From assembly GCA_041650335.1 (NCBI GenBank), contig JBAZLK010000003.1:1-55764 (forward strand): DNA of 55,764 nucleotides, in the 5' to 3' direction. The notes beneath the pieces are model-generated. The model worked only from the letters and a program-made list of their open reading frames with translations. It had not been told where the DNA came from and made no database searches. The stretch comes from Patescibacteria group bacterium (GTDB lineage: Bacteria > Patescibacteriota > Patescibacteriia > JAHIZJ01). Positions 51,538 through 55,764 of the stretch are shown here, one piece after another; the stretch's first letter is position 1; each line of letters begins with the position of its first letter. The translations under genes were made by a program, and so were the position numbers.

Positions 51538-53046
51538 TTATTCCATAAATCGGTATTGCAACGCCTCCGCCACGTGATGTATTTGAATAATGGGACTACT
51601 CTCAAGATCGGCGATCGTCCGGCCGACTTTCAACAGGCGGGAGTATGACCGAGCCGAGAGCTGCAGTCGCGTCATGGCCGAACGAAGGAGGTCGCCGGTT
51701 TTACTGTTCAGTTCGCAATGCCGTGCAATCTCCCGACTGTCCATTTCCGAATTTACATATTTCCCTTGGCCGTGAAAGCGTTTTCGCTGGATCGTTCGCG
51801 CCGCCACCACGCGCTGGCGGATCATTTCGGAATTCTCCGCCGGCTGCCGCGATGTCAATTCTTCGTACTTTACCCGCGGTACGGGAAGATGAAGGTCAAT
51901 CCGGTCGAGTAAAGGACCGGATATTTTTTTTCGATAAAAAGCGACTTGCTGGGTTGAACAGGTGCAGGCTTTTTCTTTGTCGCCAAAAAAACCGCACGGG
52001 CAGGGGTTTTGGGCGGCCACAAGGATAAATCGCGCCGGAAAACGCAGGCTGCCGTGCACCCGACTGACATGGATGACGCCGTCCTCAAGCGGTTGGCGCA
52101 GACTCTCGAGAACCACCCGAGGGAATTCCGGCAGTTCGTCGAGAAACAGCACGCCTCGATGGGCCAGCGAGATTTCGCCCGGCCGGGGAATGCGACCACC
52201 GCCGATCAGCGAGGCAGCTGAGGCAGTATGGTGCGGCGAACGGAATGGCCGTTGCCAGATCATCGGCCGTTCGGGCGCAATCAGGCCGGAGATGCTGTAA
52301 ATTTGGGTAACCTCGAGCGATTCTTCCAGCTCAAGCTCAGGCAAGATCGAAATGAGCGCTTTCGCCAAAAGCGTTTTGCCAGATCCGGGTGGTCCGGAAA
52401 AAAGGAGGTTGTGCCCGCCCGCGGCGGCAATTTCGAGCGCCCGTTTTGCCTGTTCTTGTCCTTTTATCTGGGAAAAATTAACTGGATATTCAAGGCATTC
52501 CCGCTTCGACGCAGTCTGGGTAAACACGGTTAGCGGCGTCGTCCCCTCCAGATGGGCGATGAGCGCGTTCAGCGATTGAACCGGATAAACTTCAAGGCCG
52601 GGGATAAGCGCCGCCTCGGCCGCGTTCGCCGCGGGCAGAAATATTTGCCGCAGGCCGTGGCGTCTCGCCGCCTGCATGATTGAAAGCGTCCCGGTAACCG
52701 GTCGAAGGTATCCCTCTAAAGATAGCTCACCGATAAACAGCGCGTCGGAACTGACCGGCTGGATTTGACGCGAAGCCATCAGGATGCTGACCGCGATCGG
52801 TAAATCAAAACCTGGTCCTTCTTTTTTCATATCGGCCGGCGCCAGGTTCACCGTCACGCGCGTCGTCGGAAAACGAGCGGCGCTGTTCTTTATCGCTGAG
52901 CGGACCCGTTCGCGCGCTTCTTGGACGGCCAGGTCCGGCAATCCGACGATGAAAAATTTTGGCAGCCCCGAAGCGATATCCGCCTCGACCTCGACTAATT
53001 CGGCCTCGAGGCCGACCACGGCCGCTGATAACACTTTTCCAGGCAT
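51538..53046 (-). CDS. yifB: YifB/ComM family Mg-chelatase-like AAA ATPase
   Basis: About 502 aa from ATG 53046 (MPGKVLSAAVVGLEAELVEVEADI, the typical N-terminus). Walker A FSGPPGSGKTLLAK; GVLFLDELPEF; C-terminal SARSYSRLLKVGRTIADLE. Confidence 0.9.
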   Translation of the reverse strand: MPGKVLSAAVVGLEAELVEVEADIASGLPKFFIVGLPDLAVQEARERVRSAIKNSAARFPTTRVTVNLAPADMKKEGPGFDLPIAVSILMASRQIQPVSSDALFIGELSLEGYLRPVTGTLSIMQAARRHGLRQIFLPAANAAEAALIPGLEVYPVQSLNALIAHLEGTTPLTVFTQTASKRECLEYPVNFSQIKGQEQAKRALEIAAAGGHNLLFSGPPGSGKTLLAKALISILPELELEESLEVTQIYSISGLIAPERPMIWQRPFRSPHHTASAASLIGGGRIPRPGEISLAHRGVLFLDELPEFPRVVLESLRQPLEDGVIHVSRVHGSLRFPARFILVAAQNPCPCGFFGDKEKACTCSTQQVAFYRKKISGPLLDRIDLHLPVPRVKYEELTSRQPAENSEMIRQRVVAARTIQRKRFHGQGKYVNSEMDSREIARHCELNSKTGDLLRSAMTRLQLSARSYSRLLKVGRTIADLESSPIIQIHHVAEALQYRFME

Positions 53047-53120
53047 AGAAAAACAGGCTCGTCTCGCCTGCCATTTAAAACCTACCATGATGAATTAACC
53101 CATGTCAACCACTTCTTCTA

Positions 53121-53153
53121 GAAAAGAAAACCCCACAAGCATTGCCTGCGGGG
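53121..53153 (-). terminator. Rho-independent terminator of the GC-rich lipoprotein gene
   Basis: Minus strand: CCCCGCAGG-CAATG-CTTGTGGGG (9 bp including G:U pairs) followed by TTTTCTTTT. Confidence 0.65.
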
Positions 53154-53182
53154 CGGGAGGCGGTCAGAACCGCCGATACAGA

Positions 53183-53617
53183 TCAGGATTTGATCGGCTT
53201 GATCCCGGGAGAAAACATCATCCGGGCCAGGGAGTCCGCCGGATAGGGCGAGAACATCAGCACCGATGCACGCGACATGGGATCGCAGAGATCCCTGGCG
53301 GCCGAGACGACACCGATGACACGATCCCACTTGGCGAAATCCTGTAGCTCGATCGGCTTGACCAGCTCTTGCTTCCAAGCCTTGTACAAGATGGTCGTGC
53401 GGCCGTCGACGTTGGCCAGGAACCTGAGCCGTCCGTCGAGATCCTCCACTCCGACGAGACACAGACCATCGGTGTTCTGGATGATCATGCGGCCGGAGAG
53501 CGCCTCATACGTCAGGTATTCTGGATTCATGGTCAGTGCCGGATGAGTGGCGCACCCACCGACAAACAGTGCGGCGACCAGAACCAGAGCGGCAAACAAC
53601 GACTGCAGCAGTCTCAT
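53183..53617 (-). CDS. Hypothetical lipoprotein (GC-rich cassette)
   Basis: Start set to ATG 53617 (AAGGAGAGG upstream). MRLLQSLFAALVLVAALFVGGC is a signal peptide plus lipobox (FVGG|C). About 144 aa. No family recognised. Confidence 0.65.
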   Translation of the reverse strand: MRLLQSLFAALVLVAALFVGGCATHPALTMNPEYLTYEALSGRMIIQNTDGLCLVGVEDLDGRLRFLANVDGRTTILYKAWKQELVKPIELQDFAKWDRVIGVVSAARDLCDPMSRASVLMFSPYPADSLARMMFSPGIKPIKS

Positions 53618-53766
53618 AATGAAACCTCTCCTTTCCGCGATGTACCAACTTCTGTCTAGGCGCGAGTTGTCAACCAAGTAATTTAGCAGAAAACACGGCT
53701 TCTGTCAATACCCTAGCCGGGTAAAACATTTATTATCATTTATTAACCTGCTATGATAACAATATT

Positions 53767-54414
53767 ATGCTCGGTTTTCTCCATAAAAAAACAACTCGGC
53801 GTATCTTGGGCGAATTCGGTTTTTCCGAATCCGCGCAGACCCTGGTCGTTTCATCCTGCGTCTGGCCTGACGCGGTTCGGTATTTTGATGACCGCTACCA
53901 TGCTCAAACCCCTCTCCGATCTGACGGCCGGCCGCAACCGGCTGATGAGGCCGCTTTACGCTTCAGCCTGCTCTTGTCTGTATTAATCAATAAAATACAA
54001 TCGGACGAACCAGCCGAACGGCTCGTGTGGCTGGGCTGCTGCCTGCATCTTGTCCAAGACCTGGCCGTCCACCAGGGCAATACCGGCCCGGAGCATTTCT
54101 GGCAATTATTTTGGCTGTGGAAATTCCCCGACATTGCGCCAGCAGATGTTCGACGAGCGCGTGATTTCAGCCGACAATTTCTCTCTGCTATCCGCATGAA
54201 ATTCGGCGAAGCGTTTTGGCACGATCTCAAAACCACGCCCATCCCCGCCCTAACGCCAAACCAGTTGCGCCAGCGCCTTCTTGGAAAAAGTGATTTTTCC
54301 TGGCGTTCCGTCTTTCAATTTGTCCGCAGCGTCTGGCAATATCTCTGGTGGCCGCGATCAGCTAAGCGTACGCGTTGGGACATTGCGGCAGTCTTGCGGC
54401 AGGCCTTACAATAA
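53767..54414 (+). CDS. Hypothetical protein
   Basis: 215 aa. CCLHLVQDLAVHQGNTGPEH faintly resembles metal-binding His/Asp motifs of zinc phospholipase C-like folds (weak, not relied on). Confidence 0.55.
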   Translation: MLGFLHKKTTRRILGEFGFSESAQTLVVSSCVWPDAVRYFDDRYHAQTPLRSDGRPQPADEAALRFSLLLSVLINKIQSDEPAERLVWLGCCLHLVQDLAVHQGNTGPEHFWQLFWLWKFPDIAPADVRRARDFSRQFLSAIRMKFGEAFWHDLKTTPIPALTPNQLRQRLLGKSDFSWRSVFQFVRSVWQYLWWPRSAKRTRWDIAAVLRQALQ

Positions 54415-54420
54415 ACACAC

Positions 54421-54452
54421 AAAAACAGCACCGACGACCGGGCTGTTTTTTT
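54421..54452. terminator. Candidate bidirectional terminator between convergent genes
   Basis: AAAAACAGC-ACCGACGACCGG-GCTGTTTTTTT, a short stem flanked by A-run and T-run. Confidence 0.45.
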
Positions 54453-54459
54453 GTTACTC

Positions 54460-54930
54460 TTATTTTTCCGCCGGTTGCTTTTTGGCGCTCGGCCGGAGCC
54501 ATGAGAGGAGGACAAGAATGACTCCGCCGATGATAAGCACATCGGCAAAATTAAATACCGGCCAACCAAAAAGATTGAAGTAGTCGATCACGCGGCGATA
54601 CACAAGCCGATCAATCAGGTTGCTCAGCGCCCCAACGCAAACTAAGCTCAAACCCCAAATGAGAAATATTTGCTTGTGCCGAAACGACTGAATCAGCCAG
54701 ACCAACACACCAGCAATCGCCACCCCGACAGCGGCGATGATCACCGGATACGGTACGGTCAAACCAAACCCGATGCCGGTGTTCGTAAAATACCCATAGA
54801 CTAAATGCGAACCGAGTAACGGCCGAGGCGCGCTCAGTTGTTTCGCGACGAGCTTACCGGCTTGGTCCGTGAATAACACAAGCCAGAGCAAAAGCGCGTA
54901 GATGAAGGGATAGCGAAAGGGATTAAGCAT
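54460..54930 (-). CDS. lspA: Lipoprotein signal peptidase (signal peptidase II)
   Basis: 156 aa. NTGIGFG; NLIDRLVYRRVIDYF; FNFADVLI. 4 TM pattern. GGAGG RBS. Confidence 0.9.
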   Translation of the reverse strand: MLNPFRYPFIYALLLWLVLFTDQAGKLVAKQLSAPRPLLGSHLVYGYFTNTGIGFGLTVPYPVIIAAVGVAIAGVLVWLIQSFRHKQIFLIWGLSLVCVGALSNLIDRLVYRRVIDYFNLFGWPVFNFADVLIIGGVILVLLSWLRPSAKKQPAEK

Positions 54931-55391
54931 GGCAAATAAAAATCCTCCATCCCTAGTATAGCTGTTCGGGTCGAGGACGACAAATTGTTTCCCAAAAAGA
55001 AGAAGCCGCGAATGCCCTATAGAAAGATTATATGGCCTGCGGCCTCCATCGTCATAGCTCGATCCTCGTTGGATAGTTTGACAACTCCACTCGTGAAGCG
55101 TTCAAACTATCCAACGAAGGCATTCCCGCCATAACGTTATTGCGTTGTTCTATCCGGCTGTCGAACACGCGAATCTCACACCGTTCTTGTGGTATGCCCC
55201 GAAACCCGAAGGTTTTAAAGCGTACCTTTTTGATTTTTGTTTTCCCTTTTTGGGGGGAATTTTTTTTGGTTTTCAGCCTGCCGGAAAGGCAAGCGTTTCG
55301 AACAGTGTGAAATTCCCATCCCTGGTGTTGTAGAAGGGGTATCTCACACCATTCCGGCATGAAATCGATATACTGTCAATGTTCTAGCTCC
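54931..55391 (-). other. Long structured untranslated region (candidate lspA leader or independent ncRNA)
   Basis: About 460 nt with no convincing ORF, lying between a near-consensus promoter and lspA. Contains a perfect 15-16 bp hairpin (55066..55117), two GGTGTGAGAT boxes, a complementary TCACAC box and an A-rich tract. Confidence 0.3.
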
Positions 55392-55420
55392 AGTATAGCA
55401 AAGAAAATAGGCCTTGTCAA
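55392..55420 (-). promoter_or_regulatory. Near-consensus sigma70 promoter reading toward lspA
   Basis: Minus strand: TTGACA (55420..55415), 17 nt, TATACT (55397..55392). Confidence 0.55.
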
Positions 55421-55529
55421 GAGCGAGTATTTGAACCGTTTTATCCTAATACTAGCCACTATCTTATTTATTTGCTTTTGCGGTGCGTTGTGAGCAACTT
55501 GTGAAGAACATGTGGCGTTATCCACACGG

Positions 55530-55764
55530 TCATTTATACGGTTCAATGCAGAACGTCAGATAAATATTTTGATCTTTGGTGGCGTCCGCCACGAAAACGC
55601 GTGCGGCATACTGTCCGTACTCAGGGCTGAGCAGCAGTTGGTCACGATTGACCACAAGCAGACGCTTGCCTGAGATTTTGCGGACGCAGGCTGGTTCATC
55701 AGCCATGCTCGATTGCTTCGCGATTGCTTCTATCATGGCCGGCGCATTGGAAACGACCACCCGA
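55530..55764 (-). CDS. Hypothetical protein, 5' end probably outside the window
   Basis: The frame is open to the last base of the window. The track start is a GTG at 55760. No family recognised. Confidence 0.35.
   Translation of the reverse strand, partial: RVVVSNAPAMIEAIAKQSSMADEPACVRKISGKRLLVVNRDQLLLSPEYGQYAARVFVADATKDQNIYLTFCIEPYK

Noticed and set aside
55141-55200. Minus-strand GGGGCATACC...GTGTTCGACAGCCGG resembles the 5' end of tmRNA (GGGGCUGAUUCUGGAUUCGACGGG).
   Set aside because: There is no tRNA-like 3' end (T-arm plus a complementary acceptor strand ending in ACCA) anywhere nearby, and no tag reading frame is recognisable.
55052-55360. 102-aa ORF (minus strand) inside the lspA upstream region, plus the opposite 62-aa ORF 55145..55333.
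   Set aside because: There is no RBS. The highly basic, low-complexity middle is encoded by an A-rich tract, and the repeated CEI peptides derive from the repeated GGTGTGAGAT RNA boxes. It is more consistent with non-coding RNA. I keep it only as an alternative in the corresponding finding.
1-55764. I searched by eye for CRISPR arrays, rRNA genes, transposases, integrases, IS inverted repeats and prophage genes, especially at the borders of the three GC-rich cassettes.
   Set aside because: None found. The only repeats are the short ones listed (13-mer at the tRNA, 15-mer near the DsbA genes, internal repeats of the giant gene). Mobility of the cassettes therefore remains unexplained.

Overview
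The window is about 90% coding and almost entirely on the minus strand. Gene content suggests a small-genome CPR/Patescibacteria-like bacterium: an O-antigen-ligase/TPR membrane protein, a sigma region-4/HARE-HTH protein, an orphan PEP-utilizer swivel-domain protein, a TrwB/TraD-like ATPase, a GIY-YIG gene next to tRNAs, and repeated near-consensus TTGACA-N17-TAtAcT promoters. That assignment is inference; I ran no searches.

Recognisable housekeeping genes:
- Partition and secretion: parB, parA, secD, secF.
- Lipoprotein pathway: lgt, lspA.
- Translation and RNA: rsmA, tsaC, leuS, an RRM RNA-binding protein, tRNA-Leu(CAA), and two CAU-anticodon tRNAs, one of initiator type.
- Other: an ABC exporter, an M23/LysM peptidase, yifB/comM, two MFS paralogs.

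Main candidate system: a roughly 15 kb four-gene minus-strand operon (24375-39472) behind a perfect consensus promoter. It encodes:
- a membrane-anchored thrombospondin-type-3 (Ca-binding) repeat protein;
- a 3351-aa extremely Cys-rich giant surface protein with several CBM4_9-like jelly-roll modules and a PKD-like module;
- a 932-aa polytopic membrane protein, possibly TrbL/VirB6-like;
- a 452-aa unknown protein.

On the same strand downstream lie SecDF, with a parvulin PPIase-like segment inside SecD, a TrwB/TraD-type ATPase with a membrane partner, and three consecutive exported thiol-disulfide oxidoreductases. I read this as a candidate surface or host-contact apparatus with its own export and oxidative-folding support. 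This is a hypothesis only.

Other notable points:
- LeuRS carries two inserted nucleotide-sanitation-like domains (Ham1/ITPase-like and Nudix).
- Three compositionally foreign GC-rich cassettes each have their own promoter and/or terminator and a strong GGAGG ribosome-binding site: an SPFH-protein pair, an orphan hutU with a small ORF behind a structured leader, and a lipoprotein.
- A roughly 460-nt structured leader or ncRNA region lies upstream of lspA.

I saw no rRNA, CRISPR array, transposase or integrase. The first gene (1-1700, minus strand) is absent from the ORF track because it runs off the window edge. All homology calls rest on motif recognition by eye.
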